The notes beneath the pieces are model-generated. The model worked only from the letters and a program-made list of their open reading frames with translations, had not been told where the DNA came from and searched no databases. DNA of 57,046 bases, the filler included, from Sphacelaria rigidula (taxonomy: Eukaryota): the NCBI GenBank assembly GCA_964200075.2. It is 6 parts of 6 records of this genome, joined end to end, with 100 filler letters (N's around TTAATTAATTAA, not from the genome) between each part and the next. Parts side by side here need not be neighbours in the genome. Positions count along the whole stretch, not along the records: positions 1 to 9,425 come from CAXNAA020008531.1; positions 9,526 to 18,950 come from CAXNAA020008532.1; 4 more parts are not named here. One strand, given 5' to 3'. Below are positions 1-12,324 of the stretch, piece by piece (within the stretch, counting starts at the first letter, position 1; the number at the start of each line of letters is the position of its first letter). Both the position numbers and the translations under genes were made by a program.

Positions 1-196
1 TGTTTACCGCCTGCCTGCTCGTCGGCTTCATGCACGAGAACGCAGTACCACACTCATGCAAAAATGACCGTCTGTGTGCAGAACCGTTTCACGAATTTGT
101 GATCCTGTACCGTCTGTGCCATAAAATGGTCGCCCCGATTTTGAGTTCACGAATTTGAGTATGTGCGCGTGCGTGTTGTCGTCCCATTTATTTTGG

Positions 197-492
197 GCAC
201 CAGTCGGGGTCACACAGGAGGAAGGTCAACACAGGAGCTTTTTCTTTTTTTTAATTTGTCTTTAATACCCCACCTCCCTTCTGCGGTGCTTGCCTGTTTA
301 TTTTTATCGCGAGAGGGGTTCAGCAGTCCCTTTCTCTCGTCGACCGTTAAGTCGAATTTTGTGTACTCACGACATAGTCGCTGCCCACTGTCGAGCATGG
401 TGTGAGAAAAGATTCCAGATCGATCCGGGAATCGAACCCCCCTACTCAACCATCAAAAAGTTACGAGGTCACCAACTGAGCCACCGCGGCGA
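197..492 (-). mobile_element. tRNA-derived SINE (head plus body)
   Basis: Minus strand reads TCGCCGCGGTGGCTCAGTTGG (A box) ... GGTTCGATTCCCGG (B box). The head recurs at 37930-37998 and the body recurs at 4520-4690 and 9370-9425. Confidence 0.75.
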
Positions 493-1074
493 ATTTGGGT
501 CTTCCCATTATTTTTTTAAATCAGGCTCCAAAAAAATCGAGATTCGTTTGCCATAAGAGTGGGTCTTGCCAGGTATATGACGAGTTTTTATCTCTGCGAT
601 CGATCGACCCGTCATAATTCCACAACAAAAAATCTCTGCAGAACAAAAAAAACGGCAATACGTGAAGATCACCAAAAGGTCCAACACCAAGGTGACTGGT
701 TGCTACTTGATTTTACTCGATTCCAGAGTGGCCGGCAGTTCCAAATGTTCCTAGCTCATCCAGGTCGTTCTCGTACAAAATCTGCGTGCTAATGCTCCTT
801 CGAGGTCTGCCAACGCACACGATGCCGAGGATATCTTCCTCATCGCCCGTGCCCGAGGGTTCTTTGTTCCTTGGTCGGGGTTAGCATTGGATGGCAAGTT
901 ATTTACATCATCAACCGTTGATTCCGCCCATTTTGTGAACAGCCCTGTAAAAAAAGAGGGTTTGTTCACCACTCGGGAGGGTAATACACTTTTGGGAAAT
1001 TCATGATTTCCGATTGCTCCAACACTAATTTTAACCCTAATCCTCACCCCAACTACTACAGAGACATATTGACA

Positions 1075-1170
1075 ACCCTCGGGAGAGGAGGGTGCAATGT
1101 ATCGCCTTGGCAACATATGCGTTGCCAGACGTCAAACCGACGCCCCACAAAAACGCGTCCCGGGCATGCT
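1075..1170 (+). repeat. Dispersed repeat, with an inverted copy at ~12105-12210
   Basis: The reverse complement (GGTTTGACGTCTGGCAACGCA...TTGCACCCTCCTCTCCCGAGGGTT) aligns by eye with GATTTGAGGTCTGACAACGCA...TTGCACCTCTCTTGCCCGAGGGTT at ~12140-12207. Degenerate CCCTAA-like units lie next to it at 1033-1052. Confidence 0.6.
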
Positions 1171-1879
1171 AATGGCACACAAGGAGCACAGCCCCCATTA
1201 AAGATCCGGATTTTGGTGTCTAGACTGAAATCAAATCGGGATAACTTGCTCTCCCAAGCTGCAAACGGTACTCAAAAAAGAGGTTGACTCTGATAGCCAA
1301 GGTAACCATCGTAGTTGAATCGGCATATTTTTTAGTTGAAAAATGAGAGAAACTCACACGTACCCCAGGTGGCGCTCAAAATGGCGCCGGGAACTGCGTG
1401 ATCCATACAAGAGGAGGTATATAAAATATGTTCATCTTGCATTGACAAACTTACAGCATACAGCAAATGAACGGAACTCGAGAGGGTTCTTGTCTGATGA
1501 TCCCCTCCTCTCCCATCACCCTTTACCCCGGCTCCAGAAGTGTGCATGTAATGCACGTTACAGTCGGTGCTCAATGTTGAGCCGGGGGCGGAGGGGGGGG
1601 GGGGTATGATCTTCGGTGGAGTTGGTTGATAGTGTGATGCAAATACTACACAGGCAAAAAACTCCCCGGAGTTCGCGATCGGTGTCGGTGAAATAGAATC
1701 TCACCGGGTCTTTCAAGTACTAGGGTCTGGGTGTCACAGGGGTATAGCACAGGGATTTCGGTTGGGAAGTGCGCTACACAGGAGCCAATAATAAACGCGT
1801 AAGACATCACTCGGGCATGTCGGATCAAATTAGCGCTTGTGCAGAATAGGAAGCGACGAAAGTGGTGGTGGAGCCAACA

Positions 1880-2665
1880 ATAAACGCGTGAGATCTCATT
1901 CTGGATCCATAGATCTAAGTGACGGTTGTATACGACAGGAGGAAACAAGAATTGTGTGTATGTACCCCATGGAAATGCTTCTTCATTTTCAGAGTTGACA
2001 TGCTGCGAGAGACTGAAACGCATGTATAACACAATCCCAACTTCTGCAGCAATGATGTGTGCGTCGTGATGGACGCTTTTCTGCAAAGCGTCCTGAAGCG
2101 ATGCACTTTCTTATCATGTGAGGGCGCCTCGATATATTATCGATGAACTTACCGCATGGGCAGATGACCCATCATTTCATTAGATCTCCGATTCTGGTCG
2201 ATATTTTTGTCTGGTAAATTAGAGAGGCACAAAAAAACTCATCTCCGAAATGTGGGCATCCAGATCTACAACAGTTGTTGGTGAGGTCATCTGTTGACCT
2301 GTCGTGTCTTCACCCACCCATGAATAGCCTGATCTCCGCGCTTGGTGAAGAAGGCAACACGCTATTGCACGGTGCCGAACACTACCGACTGTACATGTGA
2401 AAATCTGAACGCCAGCTTCAAGTGCTCGATATGAACGGTACTGACTGTCCAACGATATGAGACTCAACGTCGGATACACAAAACGAGAGATGGAACGCCC
2501 CCATATTTTAGCACATAAATCGTCACCAGTCGCTGGTATGTGACATTGGCTCGACACGGCGGAAGCTTTTGCAAAAATACGGGTAAGAAAGCACTCGGGA
2601 AAAAGGTTGTCGCCAGGGGTACCACACCGGTCTGTTGGTTGTATGACATCATTGTAGCCCTCTGG
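1880..2665 (-). pseudogene. Decayed KDZ (Kyakuja-Dileera-Zisupton)-like transposase core
   Basis: Frameshifted translation gives, in order: NLFP..., LCAKIWG, GVQIFTC, SPTTVVDL, a (D)RF..THHCC-like segment, HVNSENEE, VYNRH. This follows the KDZ catalytic motif order. A GTAAGT donor lies at ~2152. Confidence 0.5.
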
Positions 2666-4519
2666 AGATACGCATGATGTACGGTTTCCATGAGATTCTC
2701 GGTATATTTCCCTGTAGTGTACGGATGAGTATCAGGAGCCTCGAGTTCGAGATACCCCTCCTTGTGGCAAAAACTGGCACAGGACTTCGCTTGTATGGGG
2801 AAACGCTGAGACGTCGGACAGGGTTTTTACCCCCGAGTTCTCCAACGAAATATCACGGACCTGACACGTGTTATAAAATTTTGTATTATTGTATCCACAG
2901 ACACGTTCTCAAAATATAATTATTGAGCCAGGAACGGAGTGGAGACACAAAGGTCATGCGTCAAGGAATGGTACGAGGCACACCAGCCCATAGGGGTGGC
3001 GGCAATTTCGGCGGGTACCGCGCTGCTGTTTACAGAGTGCGACAGCGCAGCGCATGGCGACGCCACACACCGTCATGCAAAACAGTCAGTATAATCAGTA
3101 CCATACCATATCGTACCGCACATTCCTCAACACAAGGGAGTAGCTCCGCTAACACACTACGCCATTTTTCATCAAGGATCTGAAAACAAGATGCAGTTCA
3201 GACAAGATGCACAACACCTACACACACTTGGATTGAAGTCTTGACAGATCGACGTACTGTCTGCACTGTTGTTGCAAGTCACTCCACTCGTCAGCTCCCC
3301 CTGCACATAATACCGGAGGCAGCTGCAAGGGTAGGAAGCGCAGCCCGCAATTCCACTGTCGTGAATGTTTTTTCAACCTCCAAACCCTATGGTAAGCAAA
3401 CATTGATACCGTATCGGTAGGCGGCGACCAGAGTTGCACGGCAGCAGCGGCCTGCATTTCTCGACCCTAGGGCCTGAACTCGGTGAAACGAAAACAAAAC
3501 GTCTGAGAAAATCTTGATGAAGAGAGATGCAGACCAGTGACAAGACCGACCGCCCCCCCCCGACCTCCGCCAGCAGACATGCTATATGGCGTACTAAGCA
3601 ATGTGATCTTCGCTCGGTACATGAACGATGAAGTCAGAGACTCACCTCCGCCGCCGGTTGATCCCGGGTTTGAGCAACTTCCATGTCAGCTTTAGGTTCA
3701 CGCTCATTATCTGCTGTTGACGATCAAGCAGGGGACAAAGTGAAAGATCGGGTACGTGCAGCAGGAAACGAATATACCCTTCCCCTTTAAGAGCAAGGGA
3801 CCTTACAGACTGGAATATGGTTTACACCCCTCCCCTCTCCCCTCCCCCCCCCGCCCAGAGGCGGTCGAGAATGAGGAAAGTCGGAAAATGGTGTGCAAAA
3901 AACCTGTTTCTCCCTGTTTCTTTGCCAGAAGACGGAATTGAACATTACCTTCACCACCACGATGCTGACCCGAGCAGCCCCAAACCGAGGAGTTTGGGCA
4001 TATCAGTTGTTCTAGCGGCCGCAAGGAGAAGAACTTGGCCGTTGACGTTTCAGTCAAAATGACCGCTGGAAAATGACTTCCAGATAGGTGTTATGGTTGC
4101 GAGGCATCGTTGCCGAAGAGGGCCGCGTACTCGAGACGTGCACCCGCGGGCGTTCTGTTACTCGATCAAGGAAAGTGTACGACGAGTCCTACGTGTTGCT
4201 GAATGACACTAGGGTACACTATTACTTTGACTTGCCTGTATGATTCCAACAGGCATGAAAATATCCTGACAGTACTCCGATGATATCAACCAATTATTGT
4301 AAATTGTTGAAGGATGGTCACCTGGTACCCGCGTAGGCAGTGCCCGCATCCGGACAGCTGTGTGTCGACGGGCAATCTTTAAAGCTTGGCATACTGCACA
4401 GCACCACAGGTAGAAGCGATAAATGAGAATCTCGTGAAGATGGCGTCGCTAAAGAAAGTGGCCAACAAGTCACAACAGTCCTGTACTTTTTTTTATCCAT
4501 GCTTGCATAATCTGTTCCA

Positions 4520-4690
4520 ATAAAATTTGACGTCGTGATCGACGAGGAAAAGGGTTTACTGAACCCTTCTGTCAATGAAAAAATTCATACAAGCCAAGCG
4601 CCGTAAAAAGAAGGTGGAGAACTGAAATAATCTAAAAGAAAACTCGGGTGTTGGCCTTCCTCCCGTTAACCCCGGCTGGTGCGCCCACAT
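4520..4690 (+). mobile_element. SINE body fragment (same family as 197-492)
   Basis: AAATTTGACGTCGTGATCGACGAGGAAAAGGGTTTACTGAACCC...GTGTTGGCCTTCCTCCCG matches the reverse complement of 200-360. Confidence 0.65.
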
Positions 4691-5770
4691 GTACCAAAAG
4701 GTGTAGACTGGCGTCCAGAAGAGATCGGACATGACACACACAACGAATAAATGTATGCGGGTCTTCCAACAACGACGTCTACGCTTCAAACCCTGTTGAC
4801 AGATTCATATGTCGTGTCCCGCATGCTATCGAGTCGATTATTACGAGAGGATGCTATTTCCACGAAGAGGTACCCCTTCCACCTGCCCTGCAACCGTAGT
4901 ATACCTAACTTGTACACAAGCCTGGCACAAGCCGGGAGAAGCCGCTCATGCACGTGCTGCACAGTACAATCCCTGCTATCGTCACTATCTCTTCGATCAG
5001 GGGGGTACCCAGTCCTACAAAACGGGGTACCCTTCATTCTCCCAGAATGAGGTTTTCGGGAATCAGGGGCGGTGTAATGTGTATTCAAGTCTATAATGCC
5101 CTTTGTTCAGAGGGCTTGCAGAGGGTAGTAGGGGGGACAGAGAGGTTTGGTAAATGACCAAAATGACGCCATGTACACCGTCCACTACGGCCGATCTTTA
5201 GGTTGTTTTCCGCAGGCAAATGAGAGCTACAGTAGTATCTCTCAAACTCGAGATTCCCGGTGTATTTCACAGTAAATTACTGTACTGGGAATCATACTGG
5301 GAATCTCGAGTTTAATACATTGAAACATATCGGGAACCATGAGTTTGAGATACCTCTGTTATTATTGATGTGTGTGATATGTGGCTCTTGTTTGCTCTCT
5401 TGGATCAAAATTAGGCCCTGACCTCTAAGGCATGCCTTACTTTTCGCCGTAGAATCCCTTTTCAGGAAGGGGTTGCCTGAGAGTGGGTATGGCACCTGAG
5501 GTGCCTTGTTTGGGCTAGGCAAACTCATATACTACAACAAAAAATGAAAGTAAGGCACACGAATAACGACGCCAACAACTCCATTTAGTCGAGATACCGG
5601 GGAGGTTGTCCACGGCAGAGTTATGCTGCGATAGGGTCTGCACTTCTGGGGCCAAAACCGGCCTGATTCAGGGGTTCCTCAAATTAGGAACTACCCAAGA
5701 ATATGGGTGAGGATATCCTCGTTTGCAAATTCATCAGGGGTATCCCTAGCAAATTGGAAGAAAAACCCGA

Positions 5771-6204
5771 GCAGCAGTGGGTTCTTGAAAATGGGATGAA
5801 AAAAAATGAGGTTCAACTCAAAAGCCGTGCAATCCCTGACCTAAATTCATGACAAACGACTTTCATATGGACCACCCCACCCCTCCTGACCCCTCCCGAA
5901 GACTATTTCGGGGGATTCATAGCCTTCCATTCCCCCGAAGGGTGTGCGCGAAAGCACACTTACTTTTTACTCGATTTCGGGGTGAAAAAAAGACGTTTTT
6001 TGTCCCCACAATCGTGCTTTCGCACAAACCCTTTGGTTGGGGGAACGGAAGGCTAGAAATTTCTCGAAATAGTTTTAGGGACGTCGGGAGGGATGGGGTA
6101 GTCCATATGAAAGTCATCTTTGTCATGAATTCAGGTCAGGGAAAGCACGGCTTCTGAGTTGAAGTTTTTTTTTTTCAACCCCATTTTCGAGAATCCACTG
6201 TTGT
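5771..6204. mobile_element. ~430-bp palindromic MITE/foldback element (family A)
   Basis: The arms are reverse complements, e.g. TTCAACTCAAAAGCCGTGCAATCCCTGACCTAAATTCATGACAAA versus TTTGTCATGAATTCAGGTCAGGGAAAGCACGGCTTCTGAGTTGAA. A related copy is at 45131-45566. Confidence 0.8.
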
Positions 6205-6225
6205 TAACCGTTGATGGGAAAAATG

Positions 6226-6395
6226 CACACCTTGGACAATATATGATCAATAGTTGCAATAGACAAGAAACGTACTATATAAAGTATAGGTCTATTTCGA
6301 CTATTGTCGGCGGGCAATAGTTGCAATAGACCTATACTTTATGCAGTACACTTTTTGTCTATTGCATCTATTGACCATATATTGTCCAGGGTGTG
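6226..6395. mobile_element. 170-bp near-perfect hairpin MITE with CACAC...GTGTG termini
   Basis: CACACCTTGGACAATATATGATCAATAG... pairs with ...CTATTGACCATATATTGTCCAGGGTGTG, with ~80-bp arms. Confidence 0.8.
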
Positions 6396-6952
6396 GAAAA
6401 TTTCGACTTTTACAATTATTGAGGTTTCTTGGGCAAGATATGGCTGTTTTTCTGCAACTGTACTCGCACTGTTGTTGATGATCAGCCCACCTAAACAGTG
6501 CATCAGTCTATGTTCAAGCATACAAATGTGACAGGTTCTTGCATGCAATTCGGAGTGACGTTTTCCTGGTGACGAAAGCTCGCGTGTGGGAGTTTGTCCT
6601 GTTTTTCGCGAGTTCCAAGGGGGTTATTATTCTTATTTTTTGCCTATACAATACACTCTCTGTCCAAAGTACTTGCTCAATGAATGTTTTTTATCATGGC
6701 GTTTGTTTTTTCAACCATCACATGTATCAGGGTCTATGGCTCGTAGCCAGCGTCAACGGAAAACACTCAGGGCCAACAGCAACAACTGGCGACATTGACT
6801 GGACTGGGCGAAGTCTTAGTCTTATCATGATGATATAGAGCATGACATATTGTAACATAGAATATTTATCTCTCTTGAGACCGAGCAACTGGAAATCATG
6901 TGTTAATGTAATTCCGGGTTTAACTTGTGAAGAATCAAAGAGCAGACCCCAG

Positions 6953-7306
6953 GTCAGGGGTGCCGCAGCGGTGCCGCGGCCGGGGGGGGGGGGCACCAGC
7001 GGAGGGAAACACCAAGAGTGGTATCATGTCTCGCATACGTCCTTCTCTACAGTATTCTCCAGTAGCCTTGAAGCGTGCGAGAGTCGAGGATAGACAGCCT
7101 TCGCCGTTCGCAGATGGTGACATCAGTTGTTCTTGCGATTATCCGGAGTGTCCTTGGAGGTGGGCACCGGCTGGCGACGGCAGGGGCGGGGCTGTAGCCG
7201 CTGCCGTGGAGGATTGTGGTGGTGACGGTGGTGGCGAGCCATCATTTTTCCATGGCCCTTTGTTATCGGTAAAGCAGTTCAGGGACAACGCAACCGGAGG
7301 TACAAG
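6953..7306 (+). CDS. Probable exon of an unidentified host gene (low-complexity Gly/Pro/Asp-rich peptide)
   Basis: GC-rich open frame (...MSRIRPSLQYSPVALKRARVEDRQPSPFADGD...NATGGTR) ending at a consensus donor AAG|GTAAGC. The 5' boundary is uncertain (CAG at 6952 or 6957, or ATG at 7026). Confidence 0.45.
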
Positions 7307-8409
7307 GTAAGCAAGTGTAGTTGTGCTGAGAGTAAAACAGAACAACGGTGGGTATTGGATTGTAGAGGACTTTTGTTCTTCACTGCATACTGTTGCTTGT
7401 GTACGCGTGTTGCACTTGCACTTGTAGTTGCAGGTCGGAGCTCTGTGATGGGGGAGAGAGGAAGGGGGTTGGGTTGGAGGGGTGGGAGTGGGCGGGACAT
7501 TGAAACACAAAATCTATTGCTTTGATGTGAACAGATGGTATACAACTCTGGCTGAGGTGCTTATTGCCCTTGTCGGTGTTGATAACTCTCGTTGTTCGTG
7601 GATTGTATACTGTAGTGTAAGACAGACAGACGGTCCTCTGCTGAAGTCACACTCAAATGATGATGATACGAGAGAGGGGCTTTTCTTCAATCTTTTTCAT
7701 ACGCGGAGAAACTTTTTCGTATGAACATCTAATAAGGACAACCGTAGCAGATTTGCGCATGTATGCCCGAGCTCCAAGTTCAAGATGAGCTATGCATATG
7801 ACATGCATTCGCTTTTCTGGTGCTCTATACGAATAATACTTTCACGAGTTGGGCCAGCCTAGAAATGAGTCTGGGGGTTGCAGGAAGTTCAGCAGCTCAG
7901 TAGAGGTAGCCTGCTTTAGCAGCTCAGTGGGATGGGCGTTCCAAGTCATCCATTTTAAATGACGAAGTCCTAGAATCTCCACTACTACAGGAGCGTTCAT
8001 TCGTATCTCGAAACCAACACACGAACCTGTGCATTCGGGTACATACGCACGCACAGGGCAATGACTTCGAGCTGAGCCAGCCCAAGGCTGTGTGCTTTTA
8101 AGACCACGAGAAGAAGCGGGACCGGGAACAAGCGTCCAAAAGCAGCATGTTGACTAGTCGCCGCATCCACAAACACCGCCCAGGGATCAATCAACCTGCT
8201 GCTTTTGGAAGCTTGTTTCTCTTCCCGCTTCTGTCTTTGGTCTCGGGAACACACGGCCTCAAAAGGTTACATTTCTCTATTATTATAGCACAGCATGACT
8301 TCTTCATTTTCCGGAAATCACCTGATGTAAGGCCGCTTCTTTCATGGGAGACAAGATAAAGAAATCTGGAGAACCATATTTTTCAACCTACTACTCTACG
8401 TCGTTTTAT

Positions 8410-8802
8410 GCCCTGGAAGAGATCTTCGTGGATTCTGACACCTTGCCATGCCTTGCTCTCCTCGTTGAGACGACTCGATGACAGCTGTGTGTTTTTCCGG
8501 TGACCCCAGTTGTTTTTTCGTCCCTACCTTGCACTTTTCTCGGAGACCGGTCATTTTTGTCGGAGGCCGTTTATTTTTAACAGAGACCTGCATAAAACCG
8601 GAGTACAGGACCAGGAAGGATTTCTGAACCCAGGTTTTCGGTGCTTGACCAGTCTCTGAAGAAAATGAAAGGTCTCCGAGAAAGACGAAAGGTTGACCAA
8701 CAAACAAAAAAATGGGGCGAGTGGGAAAACGCACAGGTTTCCTGGTATAGTCTCAACGAAGCATTCCAAGGTGTCAAAATTTGTCTAGCCCTCTTTCAGG
8801 GC
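8410..8802. mobile_element. Degenerate ~390-bp palindromic element
   Basis: Paired blocks: GCCCTGGAAGAG/CTCTTTCAGGGC, TGACACCTTG/CAAGGTGTCA, CGTTGAGAC/GTCTCAACG, TTTCTCGGAGACC/GGTCTCCGAGAAA. Confidence 0.65.
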
Positions 8803-9369
8803 CCAAGAACAATCAGAAGCCCCATACAGGCAGTTTTTTAGTTTTTTTTTCTGTTTCCCAGAAGAAGCGGCCTGATGATGATAAGGCGGTGTCTCATCAC
8901 TTTGTTTTCGTGTCGAAGACGTGCGGTCGAATCGAGTTCCCTCGTTTCTGATTCGTCGATTCGTCCACTCTATTTATTTTCTCAGATGGTTGAGAATATG
9001 AGTGCCGTGTACGTATCAGGTACGAGCAAATTCGATTCCACCGGACGTTTTCGAGCCGAAAATGTTGTGATAATAAGGCCGTTCCTTAGACCGACTCTAA
9101 TGGGAGCCGTTCAAAATTCCCATTTGAAACTGCCCTTTTAGGCCCTTCTCCGTCGATGAACGCCTAAAAAGAGGGCTCGGTGGATACTGATGCCTTGGAA
9201 TGACTTGCTCTGCTCGTTGAGACCGTTCAAGGGCTACTTTGCATTTCCCGCTGGCTGCACTTTTTATTTTTGACCAAAGGTGGGTTCCCAATAAGAAACG
9301 GTCAAGCGATAAAAAAACAGGGGGGAATTCTGATCATCTGACCGTTTTTGCCTGGTAATTTTTTCTTAT

Positions 9370-9425
9370 ACCATGCTCAACGGTGGAGAGCGACTATGTC
9401 GTGGGTACACAAAATTCGACTTAAC
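9370..9425 (+). mobile_element. SINE body fragment cut by the contig end
   Basis: CCATGCTCAACGGTGGAGAGCGACTATGTCGTGGGTACACAAAATTCGACTTAAC matches the reverse complement of 346-400. Confidence 0.7.
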
Positions 9426-9525
9426 NNNNNNNNNNNNNNNNNNNNNNNNNNNNNNNNNNNNNNNNNNNNTTAATTAATTAANNNNNNNNNNNNNNNNNNN
9501 NNNNNNNNNNNNNNNNNNNNNNNNN
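9426..9525. other. Artificial contig linker (N44-TTAATTAATTAA-N44)
   Basis: The same 100-bp structure, with stops in all six frames, occurs five times. Confidence 0.97.
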
Positions 9526-10024
9526 AAAAAAATAGACGAGGGAAGAATACGAAGAATAAAATACATGACGAATTTGGTAAAACCGAAAAAAAAAAACGAG
9601 AGACAGAAGCAAAAAACAGAAAGGAACAAAAATGGAAGCAATCGTAAGGGAAAGGACAGAATATATATATATATATATTTCTATAGGAAAAGATTGGAAA
9701 GGTAAGGACGGGAGGGGATCAAGGATACATTTGCTCGTCATCATATAATATCTCGATGTGCAGAGATGAACACCCCGGAAAAAAACGCGGCAAGAAGAGA
9801 CGAGATAAAAGGGGGGAGAAAAAGTGAAAAAAAAAGGGGGTACAATTTTACCCACCTCATATTTCAGCCAAAATAGGGGTACAAGGAAAATAGGTTCGCG
9901 CGACATGCGTGCCCGCGGGCGCCCCAAGATTCCCGCCTCGAATACAATTCTGACGGGCTGACATCACGCCCACCGCTCATGTACGAGCTGGTTCAGATTG
10001 GACGCCCAAAATTCACTCCCCGGG

Positions 10025-10309
10025 ATTTCCTCACGCCGTTTTTTCGAGTTAGACCACGAAATTTTGCACACATGTTTTTGAGGGCACCATCTAGAACTCG
10101 AAGACCGGCGTTTTTCTCTTCTTTTGTTGGTGTCGAGATAGTCGGGATCTGAACCTTCCCCCGGTCAAGTAGGTTAACCGCGACCTCTGACAAAAAGCCA
10201 CCAACAGAAAAAACAAAGTAAAAACCCTGTCTTCGAGTTTCAGATAGTGCCCTCCAGAACATGTGTGCAAATTTTCGTGGTCTAACTCGAAAAAACGGCG
10301 TGAGGAAAT
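10025..10309. mobile_element. Inverted-repeat (foldback/MITE-like) element
   Basis: ~80-bp arms ATTTCCTCACGCCGTTTTTTCGAGTTAGACCACGAAATTTTGCACACATGT... and ...ACATGTGTGCAAATTTTCGTGGTCTAACTCGAAAAAACGGCGTGAGGAAAT. A third diverged arm copy is at ~10418-10480. Confidence 0.8.
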
Positions 10310-11089
10310 GCCAAAACGTGCGCTGAAATATAAAAAAAAAGTCTGTAATTGCTTGATCCAAGTACAGAATCGCCCTTTAGGGATGTTGTTTTCATGGTAA
10401 GAGACCCAGCCGATTCAATTTTTTGAGTTGAGCGACGAAAATTGGTACACATATTCCTTGGGATACCACCTAGACCTGAGATGTCAAAATGTTGTTGTTC
10501 CAGCATTCTGTACTGGTTCCCTGGGGTCTTTGAGCTGGGACCCCCGGAAGCCGGTGGAGAACGGAGAAACTTCGAAATCTTGCCAATAATATAATTTTTT
10601 TTCCATTTGGAGCATCAATACCTACGAAACTGCCAAGTTTGAGGATGATCTGAGCTTTTCTGAAACAGATAAAAGGGAAATCGTCTCGAGGCTCCGTGGG
10701 TCTCTCGTACGTATCATGAGTGGAAATTTGACGACGCCAAAGCTTCACATTACCGAAACATTACGGTTTTCGGCAAAATTCGATCCCGTTGGAATCGTGT
10801 TCAAATCTGGTTCTTCCGTTAGATTCTCAAGCTGATGACGGTTACTACGATGTGAACCATGTGGAGATTCGGTGGAAGTGGGGCTTGAAATTCGTGTTTT
10901 CAATTTCGGAACAATTTGAAAGGCGCTGATTGGTCGAGACATATTTTTGTCCATAACGCCACCGCTATAGCTTTGAACAAAAATCCGGCCATGTCACCCT
11001 TTTCGTCTGTTCATTGCGGTCAGTATGATACCACATTTGTGCATATTGGCTGAGTATTGCGTTCGTCATTAGCCGGGGAATAAATTTTG

Positions 11090-11490
11090 GGTATTCAATC
11101 TGAACCAGCTTGTACAGCACGGAAAATCATCTTTCTAGCTTCGGGCACGTTTTAGGGGCATCAGCGAATACCCTCCTTTGTGTCCACAATCTGGGGGGGG
11201 GAGTTATTCCCAAGCATCTTCACGAAGTTCACAACACACCCCCTTTTGCTCATCATTTCCTCCCCTGTTGGACACTTTGGAAGCTCCGAAAGTCGGTCGA
11301 AGCGCTACTTTTCAACAGCCCGACCTCTAGCTACGTCACGTTTGAACCGCCCGACCATCAACATAAAGTCGCGCTCAACGAAGCCTATGTCACTAAAAAA
11401 TTGAAACACGCAACAGAAAAAAAAACACTACAGAAGGGATAGCTGGCGGGCAGAGATTCGTTGATGCGCGCCGCAAAATCAAAGATCCTC
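11090..11490 (+). repeat. ~400-bp repeat, left member of an inverted pair with 14660-15090
   Basis: Shared blocks such as GTCGAAGCGCTACTTTTC, GCTACGTCACGTTTGAACCGCCCGA and TTCGGGCACG are mirrored on the minus strand at 14795-15025. Confidence 0.7.
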
Positions 11491-12324
11491 AAAAACAACT
11501 TGCGTGTACGGCGGTCAACACGCGCGGCCCAACCGAAGATCCAATATGGGACAGCTCGTGCGTAGAGACAGACGAAGCTTTGGTTGTGAATGATACAATT
11601 CTTTGTTGCGTTGACACCCAGCTATCGGCGAGGCGATAGCCCGTATCAATTCTTCCGCTGCACCATGTCGAGGTCATCTGCTTTTGCACAACACCTCTGG
11701 TGCAAATCATGCCGCGCTCTGCAGTCGATCGGGGTGAAGTTTATACTATCAAAAGCGACACATTCTCTCTACTACCAACGATCTCAGATTAGTTTTTGAA
11801 ACCGCCTCATTATCGCGACCGGCAGGGTGCGCTTGCGACCAGTGTTGGGACATGGAACACAGAGATCCGATATATCTTTATCGCAACATAATATCATGCT
11901 GTAACCGGTACCGAAAACATTTCGAAATTTCGATATCGGCTTCAAAAGCGATGATTTGAAAACGATACGGTATGTTTCGCTGAAAGCTTAGCCGGAGCAC
12001 CCAAAAGTGGACCGACCTCACCACGCATCATACGAAACGCACGAGATGCCTTACGGGACGGGCACGACGGCACAGACACACACAGCAAGTACACTAGCCA
12101 GCAGAGTTTATCCCAGTTCGTCTCTCGGCGCCTACAGTGCCGATTTGAGGTCTGACAACGCACACTCTGCCTAGGGCACCCTTTGCACCTCTCTTGCCCG
12201 AGGGTTCCCGGGATGCCTTGGATTGTGGTAAGGGTTGGGGTGGAAGTGTGGCAACCATGGACAGTTTGTAGACGAACTGAGGTGAGCCCTTCTCACTCAC
12301 ATTAGCACTAGAGTTTCGTGATTG

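Noticed and set aside
427-492. Functional tRNA gene (also 37930-37998)
   Set aside because: A and B boxes are present but I see no convincing cloverleaf, and the head is fused to a dispersed repeat body, so it is called a SINE.
1880-2560. piggyBac transposase
   Set aside because: YNRH and GVQIF look superficially similar, but the piggyBac DE, DN and GGVD motifs are absent. The KDZ motif order fits better.
8055-8195. Symmetric minus-strand exon (LIDPWAVFVD...LEVIA)
   Set aside because: Splice signals are plausible, but neighbouring candidate exons contain stops and no product is recognisable.
9470-9481. TTAATTAATTAA palindrome recurring about every 9.5 kb as a biological periodic signal
   Set aside because: It is always centred in 100-bp N gaps and is a synthetic six-frame stop linker.
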